Shown: positions 50,931 through 59,354 of the stretch, in pieces | Layout of the letters: every line of letters starts with the position of its first letter | Position numbering within the stretch: position 1 is the stretch's first letter | Assembly (NCBI GenBank): GCA_045597865.1 | Contig: JAZLKX010000057.1 | Span: 1 to 64,000 of the forward strand | Direction: 5' to 3' | Source: Bacilli bacterium | GTDB lineage: Bacteria > Bacillota_I > Bacilli_A > RFN20 > CAG-826 | Length of the DNA: 64,000 bases | The notes under the pieces: model-generated | Databases searched by the model: none | The model's input: the letters and a program-made list of their open reading frames with translations, nothing else | What the model was told of the DNA's origin: nothing | Translations under genes and position numbers: made by a program

Positions 50931-51004
50931 TGGAGCAGCTGGCGGGAATCGGACCCGTATAGCCACCTTGGCAAGGTGGTGTTCTACCACTGAACTACAG
51001 CTGC
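50931..51004 (-). tRNA. tRNA-Gly(GCC) with atypical T-arm
   Basis: Minus strand GCAGCTG...CCACC-ttGCCaa-GGTGG...ACGGG-TCCGATT-CCCGC-CAGCTGC-TCCA. Confidence 0.88.
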
Positions 51005-51064
51005 ATTTCAGCGTGATTATTTTATAATAAGTGTTATAATACTTCAAGCGAAATTAAAATTATT

Positions 51065-52720
51065 ATGAAAACTTACGAAGATTTAGCAAATTACATATTC
51101 CCAGAAATCAACGAAACAATTGCTGATTTAGAAAAGAAATATCCAGCCAGAAATTTACCAGAGGGCGCAGAAGTCACAAGATTCGCACCATCTCCAACTG
51201 GATTTTTACACTTAGGCTCATTATTCACTTCTTTGGTTGCTCATAAAGTAGCAAAAGACACAGGCGGTGTTTTCTATTTAAGACTTGAAGACACAGATAC
51301 AAAACGTGAAGTTGAAGGTAGTGGCGACGAACTTGTTCGACAACTTGCTCATTTTGGCATCGATCCAAAAGAAGGCTACCTTGGTCATGATGTTGGACCA
51401 TATGCTCCATATAAACAATCTAATCGCGCGTACATATATAAGGTATGTATTAAGGAATTAATGAAGAAGGGTAGAGCATATCCTTGCTTCTGCAGTGCTG
51501 AACAACTTGAAGAAACAAGACAAATTCAAGAAGCAATGAAAATGATTCCTGGTTACTATGGCGAATACGCAATCTGCCGTACAAATACTCCAGATGAAGC
51601 AATTGCACGTATTGAAGCTGGTGAACCTTATGTTATTCGTTTTAAATCAATGGGTAACCACAACAATAAAGTAACATTCCATGATGAAGTTCGTGGCGAT
51701 ATTTCAATTGCTGAGAACGATATGGACATTGTTATTCTTAAATCTGATGGACTTCCAACCTATCACTTTGCACACGCTGTTGATGATCATTTTATGCATA
51801 CAACAACTGTCATTCGTGGTGAAGAATGGATCTCATCAGCCCCAATACATATCGAATTATTTGAGACTTTAGGCTTTAAATTACCTAAGTACGCTCACTT
51901 ACCAGTTATCATGAAACTTGATAATGGAAATAAACGTAAACTTTCAAAGAGAAAAGATCCAGAAGCATCTGTTTCACACTTTATTGAAGAAGGCTATCCA
52001 AGAGAAGCTTTGCTCGTTTACTTAATGAGTATTGCAAACTCCAATTTTGAAGAATGGACTGCCGAAAATCATTCATTCAATCTAGATGAATTCAAGTTCT
52101 CTTTCGATAAAATGTCCCTAGACGGTGTTCTTTTTGACCAAGATAAGCTTAATTTCTTCTCAAAGGAAATCATTGCTAAAATGTCTAATCAAGAAGTCTA
52201 TAACAGAGTCTATGAATGGGCAGATGATGAATTCAAAGCTAAATTAGAAAAGTACAAAGAAGAATCTCTTGCAGCATTAAATATTGAACGTGGTGGTGAA
52301 AAAGCACGTAAGGATTATGCTGCATATAAAGATGTCTATCCTATTATTTCCTTATTCTATAAAGAAGATAACGAAAAAGAATTTAGTGAAATCGGTTGCC
52401 AATTTAAACCAGAAATTCCTAGTGATGTTGTAAAAGCTGTGCTCGAAGACTTTAAGAAATCAAATGACTATTCACTTGCAAATGATGTTTGGTTCAATAC
52501 AGTTAAAGAATTAGGTGCTAGACATAAATTTGCTGAAAGTGGTAAAATTTTCAAGCAAAATCCTGAAGCATATGTTGGACACGTTGGTGATGTTGCAGAA
52601 ATTATCCGTGTTGCAATTACATGTAGAAAGAATACTCCTAATCTTCACGATGTCTTAGTTATTCTGGGCAAAGATGAAGTTGATAGAAGAATTGATCGCG
52701 CTATAGCATCAATTAAATAA
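51065..52720 (+). CDS. gltX: Glutamate--tRNA ligase
   Basis: TRFAPSPTGFLHLG (HIGH), RLEDTD, AYPCFC, KSDG-PTYHFA-VDD, IRGEEW, KLSKR (KMSKS). Confidence 0.95.
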   Translation: MKTYEDLANYIFPEINETIADLEKKYPARNLPEGAEVTRFAPSPTGFLHLGSLFTSLVAHKVAKDTGGVFYLRLEDTDTKREVEGSGDELVRQLAHFGIDPKEGYLGHDVGPYAPYKQSNRAYIYKVCIKELMKKGRAYPCFCSAEQLEETRQIQEAMKMIPGYYGEYAICRTNTPDEAIARIEAGEPYVIRFKSMGNHNNKVTFHDEVRGDISIAENDMDIVILKSDGLPTYHFAHAVDDHFMHTTTVIRGEEWISSAPIHIELFETLGFKLPKYAHLPVIMKLDNGNKRKLSKRKDPEASVSHFIEEGYPREALLVYLMSIANSNFEEWTAENHSFNLDEFKFSFDKMSLDGVLFDQDKLNFFSKEIIAKMSNQEVYNRVYEWADDEFKAKLEKYKEESLAALNIERGGEKARKDYAAYKDVYPIISLFYKEDNEKEFSEIGCQFKPEIPSDVVKAVLEDFKKSNDYSLANDVWFNTVKELGARHKFAESGKIFKQNPEAYVGHVGDVAEIIRVAITCRKNTPNLHDVLVILGKDEVDRRIDRAIASIK

Positions 52721-52735
52721 GGGCATTGCCCTTCT

Positions 52736-52811
52736 GGCCCCATGGTCAAGCGGTTCAAGACGCAACCCTCTCAAGGTTGAATCAAGGGTTCGATTCCCTT
52801 TGGGGTCACCA
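52736..52811 (+). tRNA. tRNA-Glu(CTC)
   Basis: CAACC-ctCTCaa-GGTTG; acceptor GGCCCCA/TGGGGTC; ACCA end. Confidence 0.92.
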
Positions 52812-52891
52812 ATTAAAAAAAATAGAACTCTCTTTTGAGAGTTTTTATTTTATTCAGTTGAAATATAATTATTTCTTTATATAATAAAGAT

Positions 52892-53524
52892 ATGGAATAC
52901 GAAGAATTATTTATTCAAATACTTGATAATGATGAAAAAATCATCGATACGTTTAAACCAAAGCATAAAAGATTTGTTGGTTTAACAATTTTGAGAAATT
53001 TGATTGCAAGCTTACTTGTACTCATTTTTCCTGCAGTTTTTGTTGTTGCTTCAATTGCACTTAATAATGGCATCGATGAAACTACTCAATGTGAAATTAA
53101 TGGAGTAGCAGCTACTGGAGAGGACTGTAAGGCAGGGCTTGGAGTTTTCATTATCATCCCTTGCATCATAGCTGGCTTAGTTGTTTTAGGTTTTCTTTTC
53201 TCTGTTATTGCAAGAATTGTAGTTTATAAAAAGACTTGTTACTGCTGCACAAATAAAAGAATCATAATTCGTCGCGGTTTCATCGGCGCTGATTATCAAA
53301 CATTGGATTATGACCTTATTGGAGGCATGGATGTTAGAGTCGATTTTTTCGACAAAATTATGAAACCAAATACTGGAACAATTTCATTTGCATCTGCTGC
53401 TTCTCCAATGATTGATAAACAAGGTCCTTCATATTATTTTGCACACATCGAAAACCCATACGAAACATATAAAAAAATTAAGGAATATTCATCAACTTAC
53501 CGAGACGGAAAATTGAATAGTTAG
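52892..53524 (+). CDS. Two-TM bacterial PH-domain (bPH_2) protein
   Basis: L--DE-I---KP, two TMs, Y-TNKRIIIRRGFIG, GTI-F, F-HI-NPY. Confidence 0.75.
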   Translation: MEYEELFIQILDNDEKIIDTFKPKHKRFVGLTILRNLIASLLVLIFPAVFVVASIALNNGIDETTQCEINGVAATGEDCKAGLGVFIIIPCIIAGLVVLGFLFSVIARIVVYKKTCYCCTNKRIIIRRGFIGADYQTLDYDLIGGMDVRVDFFDKIMKPNTGTISFASAASPMIDKQGPSYYFAHIENPYETYKKIKEYSSTYRDGKLNS

Positions 53525-53527
53525 TTT

Positions 53528-54388
53528 ATGAAAGCGATCTATCTTTGTTCAAATAAAACAGGCATTAAAAAGTCGGAAAAGAAGACCGCTTTTATTTTTG
53601 ATTCGCTCCATAAAATATATAAAGATTTAACAATTGTAAAAACTGAAAATATTGAGGATTTTGAGGAAAATATTCGCAAATCTGTGGGTATTTTTGATAT
53701 TGTGATTGTTGGTGGTGGAGACGGAACACTTAAAGCTGCAGTCAATGTTTTGATGGAATTTTCGAAAGAAGAAAGACCAGTGTTAGGATATCTTCCACTA
53801 GGTACCATTAACGACGCCGGAAAGGCTGTTGGAATTAACGGAAGTTTACGCAAGGCTCTTAAGATTTTAGAAGAAAATTCGATAATAGAAGTTGATGTCT
53901 GCAAAGTTAATGATGAATACTTTAATTTTGTGTGTGCTGCTGGAGCTTATTCGGACATTTCTTATGTCACAAAAAGAAGAGCTAAAAAAATTATAGGAAA
54001 ATTTGCTTATTATTTTGTTGCAATTGCTTCACTTTTTAAAAAGAAAAAACTTGATGTTCATGTAGTCGCAGATAACCAAATTATTGATATGAAAACACCA
54101 TTAGTTTTAATTATGAATTCGAAAAATGTTGGCGGTTTTCCAGTTAATTTCAATTATTCAGTAGTCGATGGAAAGGTTGAAATTTACCTGACAAAACCTG
54201 GTCTTTTTAATGGATTATTGCATTATGCTTTCTTCAAAATGAGAACAATAAAACTAAAAGCTTCTCACTTAAAAGTGTCGATTAAATCGAATGAAACTTG
54301 GTGTTTGGATGGCGAAAAAGGTTTTAATGGCGACATTGAAATCAATGTAATTCAACGAGAACTCCGAATGGTTGGCAAATTAAAATAA
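53528..54388 (+). CDS. Diacylglycerol/sphingosine kinase family lipid kinase (YegS/DgkB-like)
   Basis: GGDGT, LGYLPLGTIND, F---AG, G-AY, DG, LDGE. Confidence 0.88.
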   Translation: MKAIYLCSNKTGIKKSEKKTAFIFDSLHKIYKDLTIVKTENIEDFEENIRKSVGIFDIVIVGGGDGTLKAAVNVLMEFSKEERPVLGYLPLGTINDAGKAVGINGSLRKALKILEENSIIEVDVCKVNDEYFNFVCAAGAYSDISYVTKRRAKKIIGKFAYYFVAIASLFKKKKLDVHVVADNQIIDMKTPLVLIMNSKNVGGFPVNFNYSVVDGKVEIYLTKPGLFNGLLHYAFFKMRTIKLKASHLKVSIKSNETWCLDGEKGFNGDIEINVIQRELRMVGKLK

Positions 54389-54452
54389 TTTAATTTTTTG
54401 CTTTTCATTTTAACAATATTATTATATTATTAACGCAGTAGGCGGAAGTTTT

Positions 54453-55319
54453 ATGAAATTCAAAAAACCAAGAGGATTACTATTAGGAATCGGATTCAGC
54501 GCATTTGCTATCGCTGTAATTTTGTTCTTTTTAGTCCCAGTATTTTTTAAGGATTTTCAATACAATGCTTTAGAAGCGATTTTAGGCGGACTTAAGGGAT
54601 TAGTATCTTTTAATTTTGCCAACGTTCTCTATACAGCTTTATTTGTTTTGTTTGTCCTTGCTTTAGCATCTGTTGTGATTTATGCAATTACTGCAGTTCA
54701 AAAGAAACATAAAATCCATCTTCTTATTGCCGCATTTTCATTAATTTTCGTTTTTGGTTCCTACTTAGGTATTTCTATTTACTTCTTAGGAAGTGATATT
54801 GCTTTTGGTGGAAAAATCACCAGTTCAACTAATTCTTTACTTTCTTTAATGTTAGTTTCAGAAAATGTTGGAGGTAAGATTTTATCCTCCTTTATCTTAG
54901 CATTAGTTGTTCTTTCAAATGTAATGCTCATTGTTCATATGTTTGTTGCATTGATTTCAATGATGGTTACTGAAGAAATTATTAATTTCGAAGCTAAATG
55001 TGAAGAAGAAACTCAAAAAGCTATTGAAGAAAAAACTGCCGAGATTGTTGCAAGCCAAGCAGCTGCTGAATCAGCTCCTGCATTTGCAACTGTATTGGCA
55101 CCAGAAGTAGAAGCCGATCTTGAAGAACGCAAACGCAAGGAAATGGCGTTCTTTAAAGAATGCTTAGATTCAGGTTATTTTACTGAATATGAAGAAATTG
55201 AATTCCCAGAGCCAATTGAAGGCGTTGAGGAAGAACCTGTGTGCGAAGCCAGTGTCATCGAAGAAAGAACCGCATTTATTTCTAGAACTAGTGTACACGT
55301 TGGCTATACACACGATTAA
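54453..55319 (+). CDS. Hypothetical four-TM membrane protein with acidic tail
   Basis: Four hydrophobic segments, then an E/A-rich C-terminus. Confidence 0.7.
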   Translation: MKFKKPRGLLLGIGFSAFAIAVILFFLVPVFFKDFQYNALEAILGGLKGLVSFNFANVLYTALFVLFVLALASVVIYAITAVQKKHKIHLLIAAFSLIFVFGSYLGISIYFLGSDIAFGGKITSSTNSLLSLMLVSENVGGKILSSFILALVVLSNVMLIVHMFVALISMMVTEEIINFEAKCEEETQKAIEEKTAEIVASQAAAESAPAFATVLAPEVEADLEERKRKEMAFFKECLDSGYFTEYEEIEFPEPIEGVEEEPVCEASVIEERTAFISRTSVHVGYTHD

Positions 55320-55377
55320 GTTGTTTTATTATAACTCTTAGAGTTATTTTAAAAATAAATATTTTGGAGGGCTTTAT

Positions 55378-56973
55378 ATGAAAAAAGCTAAAAACGCATT
55401 TGCGATAATTGGTATTGTATTAGCAGTTGTCGCAGCCGCATTACTAATGTTACATCCAGTAATAGACGGATTAAGCGCTGTCATGTTCCCAGACGGGAAA
55501 CCAGGACTACCATTTGATCAATATTTTTCAATGGTAGGTGGCAGAGTCCAGAAACTTTGGGATTTTTCATGGTTTAGTGCATTCAGTCTTGAAGCATTAA
55601 AATCAAATTTCCCATTCATTGTTTGTGTTGTTGGTCTTGTCTTGTTTGTAGCATTCCTTATCATCATGATTTGCAAGAAACACTTTAAAGGATTTGGTTG
55701 GTTTGTACCAATGCTTGTTTTATTCCTTTTATCAATTGTTGTTTCCTCAGTTTACGTTAATCCTGGTGATCCATCATTCTTTAACGAATACAAACCATTA
55801 ACTGAAGCTGGCGAAGGTTATGGTTTAATTCAAGTTTCCGAAAACTTATTCTTAACCCAAATCTTAGTTTATGTTGGATTAGTATGTGCAATTATTGCTG
55901 CAGCAATGTTCATAGTTGCATTAATTTTCTACATCATTTATGTTTGTGGTGAAGAAAGAGAAGAGGAAGCTGAAGAACCTGCTATTGAACCAAGTCAACC
56001 AGTCAGAGCAGCTGCTGAAGCAGCACCTGCACCAGTTGCCGTTCAATCAGCAATCGTTCCTGCACAAAAACCAGCAGCATCAGCTACAGTCGCAGCCGCA
56101 CCAGCAGCATCAGCTACAGTCGCAGCCGCACCAGCTCCTGCAAAAGAAGAAGCTCCAGCCGAAGATAACGCCAAGGTTATTAGACGCATTCTTGTTCATA
56201 AGAGTGGTAAAGTTGTCAGAGTTCTTAATGAACATTACTATGACATTACTACTAACGTATTTGTTGACCAAGGTTACTATGATCCAAATAGACCAGCTGA
56301 AACCGAACAACAACATTACGAAAGACTTATTAATGAAGCAAAAACTGTTTTACAACCAGCACCAGCTCCTGTTGTTGCTCCAGCACCAGCTCCAGCTCCA
56401 GTTATCGTTGTAACTCAACCACAACCACAAGTTGTTGTTGCACCAGCACCAGCTCCTGTTGTTGCTCCAGCACCAGCACCAGCTCCAGTCGTTGCTCCAG
56501 CACCAGCACCAGCTCCTGTTGTTGCACCAGCTCCAGTTGTTGTTGCTGCACCAGCACCAGCAAAAGAGAAAGTCGAACGTATTCCATTTACTGATCGTAT
56601 GAAACATGCTGAAAAAGCATTAAAATTCGCTTACAACGAAATTAAGAGTGAAATCTTATCATATGGTCTTAAATCACGTGTTTCTATCGCAGGTGATACA
56701 TTCAGACTTCATACAAAGACATATGTCATGCTTGTTGTTGCAGGTAAGAGCTTAAAACTCTACTTTGCTTTGGATCCAAAGGATTATAAAGATTCCAAGA
56801 TGCCACTTGGTGATGCATCCAAGAAAGTCCTCCATAAAGATACACCTCTTGTATTCAAAGTTAAGTCAGACTTATCAGTTCGTAGATGTAAACAACTTAT
56901 CGCTGATTGTTGTGCTAAAGACGGTCTTGAAAAAGGCGAATTTGTCAAACACGATCACGTTAAGGATTTATAA
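55378..56973 (+). CDS. Four-TM membrane protein with Ala/Pro-rich linkers and a C-terminal globular domain
   Basis: SD GGAGG; four TMs; (VV)APAPAP repeats; basic ~130-aa C-terminal domain. Confidence 0.8.
   Translation: MKKAKNAFAIIGIVLAVVAAALLMLHPVIDGLSAVMFPDGKPGLPFDQYFSMVGGRVQKLWDFSWFSAFSLEALKSNFPFIVCVVGLVLFVAFLIIMICKKHFKGFGWFVPMLVLFLLSIVVSSVYVNPGDPSFFNEYKPLTEAGEGYGLIQVSENLFLTQILVYVGLVCAIIAAAMFIVALIFYIIYVCGEEREEEAEEPAIEPSQPVRAAAEAAPAPVAVQSAIVPAQKPAASATVAAAPAASATVAAAPAPAKEEAPAEDNAKVIRRILVHKSGKVVRVLNEHYYDITTNVFVDQGYYDPNRPAETEQQHYERLINEAKTVLQPAPAPVVAPAPAPAPVIVVTQPQPQVVVAPAPAPVVAPAPAPAPVVAPAPAPAPVVAPAPVVVAAPAPAKEKVERIPFTDRMKHAEKALKFAYNEIKSEILSYGLKSRVSIAGDTFRLHTKTYVMLVVAGKSLKLYFALDPKDYKDSKMPLGDASKKVLHKDTPLVFKVKSDLSVRRCKQLIADCCAKDGLEKGEFVKHDHVKDL
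56071..56135 (+). repeat. Perfect in-frame 30-bp tandem duplication
   Basis: CCAGCAGCATCAGCTACAGTCGCAGCCGCA x2 ([10 protein letters not shown]). Confidence 0.95.
56356..56561 (+). repeat. Degenerate coding tandem repeat ([10 protein letters not shown])n
   Basis: Recurring GTTGTTGC(T/A)CCAGCACCAGC units. Confidence 0.9.
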
Positions 56974-56989
56974 TCTTTATTTAAAATTT

Positions 56990-57015
56990 AAAGGTGACCT
57001 TCGGGCCACCTTTTT
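56990..57015. terminator. Bidirectional terminator
   Basis: AAAGGTGACC-ttcg-GGCCACCTTTTT. Confidence 0.8.
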
Positions 57016-57550
57016 ATTTACTCAATTTTTCTTTGTATAACTTATATATTAAGTCACTTGTTTCTTCAATTGACTTGTTTTCAGTTTTGATTATAAAATC
57101 AACTTTTCCAATCTTCTCCAATGAGAAGTCATCAACATCATTTTTAAGACGTTTCGCAATATTTTCTTGTTTGTCTCCACGAGAAACCATGCGTTCGTGT
57201 CTTGTTTTTTCATCTGCAATTAAAAGAAATGAAACTATGTGTTTATTATTTAATTTTAAGAATGAATGAAGACCATTTGGATCAAGCACGACAATTTTAT
57301 TGTCATCAACTTGATCAATGCCGCATCCATAGTAATTTTCATTGTATAGTGAATGCTCTACAAATTTTCCTTCATTTAAACGTTTTGTAAATTCTTCTTT
57401 GCTAATAAAAAAATATTCAACGCCATCAGTTTCGCCGACTCGTTTTTCACGTGTTGTAGTTGTGATTGCTTTAACCAAGCCATGACGTTTTTGTAAATCA
57501 AGGGCTGTAACTGTTTTTCCGCTTGCAGAAGCACCGACTAATAAAATCAT
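57014..57550 (-). CDS. gmk: Guanylate kinase
   Basis: GASASGKT, TTR-R-GE-DGV-YFF, F-E----Y-N-YG; TATAAT 7 nt before the ATG. Confidence 0.9.
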   Translation of the reverse strand: MILLVGASASGKTVTALDLQKRHGLVKAITTTTREKRVGETDGVEYFFISKEEFTKRLNEGKFVEHSLYNENYYGCGIDQVDDNKIVVLDPNGLHSFLKLNNKHIVSFLLIADEKTRHERMVSRGDKQENIAKRLKNDVDDFSLEKIGKVDFIIKTENKSIEETSDLIYKLYKEKLSK

Positions 57551-57597
57551 AGAAAATATTATACTCGAAATAATAAATAAAAAATTGGCAAAAAAAG

Positions 57598-57658
57598 AGA
57601 CTTATTTATAAGTCTAAAAATATTTTATCGGTTTTCCAAAAATCACTGTAAATAGTAA
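57598..57658 (+). promoter_or_regulatory. Putative competence-regulon element upstream of the Tad-like operon
   Basis: AGACTTA-ttta-TAAGTCT (57598-57615), TTTTATCGG (57623-57631), N18, AAATAGTAA (57650-57658); in register with the dprA element. Confidence 0.65.
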
Positions 57659-57677
57659 TTGAGAGGAGAAAAATTAT

Positions 57678-57998
57678 ATGCCAAGAAATAGCAAAGACGG
57701 TTCATACTACAGATTTAACGAAATGGAAACTATCGCTAAGGTTTATTTTTTGCGTTCAAAGTATTTTAAAAACAATCTGCAAAAACCAGTTATTGAAACA
57801 AACAAAAAAGCTAGAAAGATAAATAAAATTACTAAAGCTTTTAGTGCATTGAGTGAACCGTATAAAACAATAATTAGAAACACTTTCTTTGAAAAGAAAG
57901 ATGAGTTTTGGTGGTCTGATTATTATCCTAAAACTACATATTATCGAATGAGAAATCAAGCCATAAAAGCATTTTTGCTAGCGTATAAATTACAATGA
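57678..57998 (+). CDS. Small putative transcription regulator (sigma region 4/ArpU-like HTH; MG284/MPN403-like)
   Basis: AF--LS---K-II---FF.....WW---Y-KTTYYR-R--AI--FL motif; SD GAGGAG; first gene of the pilus operon. Confidence 0.6.
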   Translation: MPRNSKDGSYYRFNEMETIAKVYFLRSKYFKNNLQKPVIETNKKARKINKITKAFSALSEPYKTIIRNTFFEKKDEFWWSDYYPKTTYYRMRNQAIKAFLLAYKLQ

Positions 57999-58945
57999 AA
58001 AGAAATCTAATATTACTAATATTGTCATCTTTTTTATGCCTTACAAGTACAGGGGCAGGAAAAACTAAAATCGGGATTAGTTCAATTAAAACTATGCCTT
58101 TTTATTTAGATGGTTCTACAACAGACATAAAAATCTCTGTGACCGCAAGCAAAATTGACCCCGTTATTATAGAAGTTAAAGTAAGCAATGATTTTAATAT
58201 TGATGGAGTAAGTATTTATAAAAATGTCTTGAATTCTCTCCAAACAGTAAATATCGAATATGATAATCGATATACAAGACCTGAGGATAATTATTTAATC
58301 GTTGATGAAAAGATAGGACCAAGTGTAAAAACTTATAAACATTATGTTAGTTTAGCCAAATCCTCTTCTATTTCTTTGACTGATCCTGTACATGTTTATA
58401 ATTCAGTTTCACAAAATTATTCATATAAGAGTGGAGTTTGGACTTCTTCTGTTGAAACATTAAAATTTTATAATTTTGAGGATCAATATGTTCCAGATTT
58501 CTATCATAAGATAGATCCTACGTATTTTTATATTTGTCCAGAAAGGTCTTATGACGAAGACAATTTGATGTTTACTGGCGGTTATTTCACGATAACAAAT
58601 AAAGATGGTTTATTTAATTCATTTAACCACGATTCAGAAATAGCATTTATACCTCTTACATTAGTAAAAAAGGAAAACAGGTATGTTTTAGCCTTTGCAA
58701 ATAATCTATATGTTAATACAACAACTTTAGAAATGAGTTCTAGCTATAAAGTCGGATTTGTTAATACAAGATATTTTTATTTGCCTAGAAACGAGAAAAG
58801 ATACGAAGACTTTTATGAGTGCGGAATAGTTTTAAATGGTTTAGGGCAAGATAAATCTAATTTTATTTCTAAATTTAAATATAAGTCATTAAAAAATATA
58901 TTTGGGGATTGCCGCAATAGCAAATATTGCATTATCAATAGCTAA
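57995..58945 (+). CDS. Hypothetical secreted protein (possible pilus-associated component)
   Basis: Signal peptide MKRNLILLILSSFLCL; beta-rich composition; C-terminal C-x4-C; ATGA-coupled to upstream gene. Confidence 0.65.
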   Translation: MKRNLILLILSSFLCLTSTGAGKTKIGISSIKTMPFYLDGSTTDIKISVTASKIDPVIIEVKVSNDFNIDGVSIYKNVLNSLQTVNIEYDNRYTRPEDNYLIVDEKIGPSVKTYKHYVSLAKSSSISLTDPVHVYNSVSQNYSYKSGVWTSSVETLKFYNFEDQYVPDFYHKIDPTYFYICPERSYDEDNLMFTGGYFTITNKDGLFNSFNHDSEIAFIPLTLVKKENRYVLAFANNLYVNTTTLEMSSSYKVGFVNTRYFYLPRNEKRYEDFYECGIVLNGLGQDKSNFISKFKYKSLKNIFGDCRNSKYCIINS

Positions 58946-58946
58946 T

Positions 58947-59354
58947 ATGACAAATTGTATCTTCTATTCATTATTTTTTGTTCTTTTCTTAAATTTTTCA
59001 TTTGGATCTTTAAGAATTTCACAAATCAATAGAATTTTTATGTCAATGTACAAGGGATTATTTGAATCGTGCACTGTTACGATTGATCAAAATGGTGAAC
59101 CGATATTTCCTTATTATAATCAAAGTTTATTAGAAGAAACAGCTCAAAGTTATGTTGATGAAAATATCGGAAAATTAACACCGTCTTATACCTTAACAAT
59201 AAATTTTTATAAAGAAAACGGCTATTCACATTGTTCAAAAAGAGACTTAGCTAGGTGCGTGAAATTAAAGCTTGAAACTAGAATTAATTATTTATTCTCT
59301 TATGAAAAGGAACAGGTTTATATGATTCAAGAAGGGGCAATTGATAATGAATAA
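58947..59354 (+). CDS. Putative TadE/TadG-like minor pilin
   Basis: Single N-terminal hydrophobic helix plus small domain with a Cys pair; located in the tad operon; ATG 58947. Confidence 0.5.
   Translation: MTNCIFYSLFFVLFLNFSFGSLRISQINRIFMSMYKGLFESCTVTIDQNGEPIFPYYNQSLLEETAQSYVDENIGKLTPSYTLTINFYKENGYSHCSKRDLARCVKLKLETRINYLFSYEKEQVYMIQEGAIDNE

Noticed and set aside
56071-56561. Repeats as a CRISPR array or mobile repeat
   Set aside because: They are in-frame Ala/Pro coding repeats without unique spacers or cas genes; overlapping Gln-, Trp- or Cys-rich ORFs in other frames are artefacts of the repeat.
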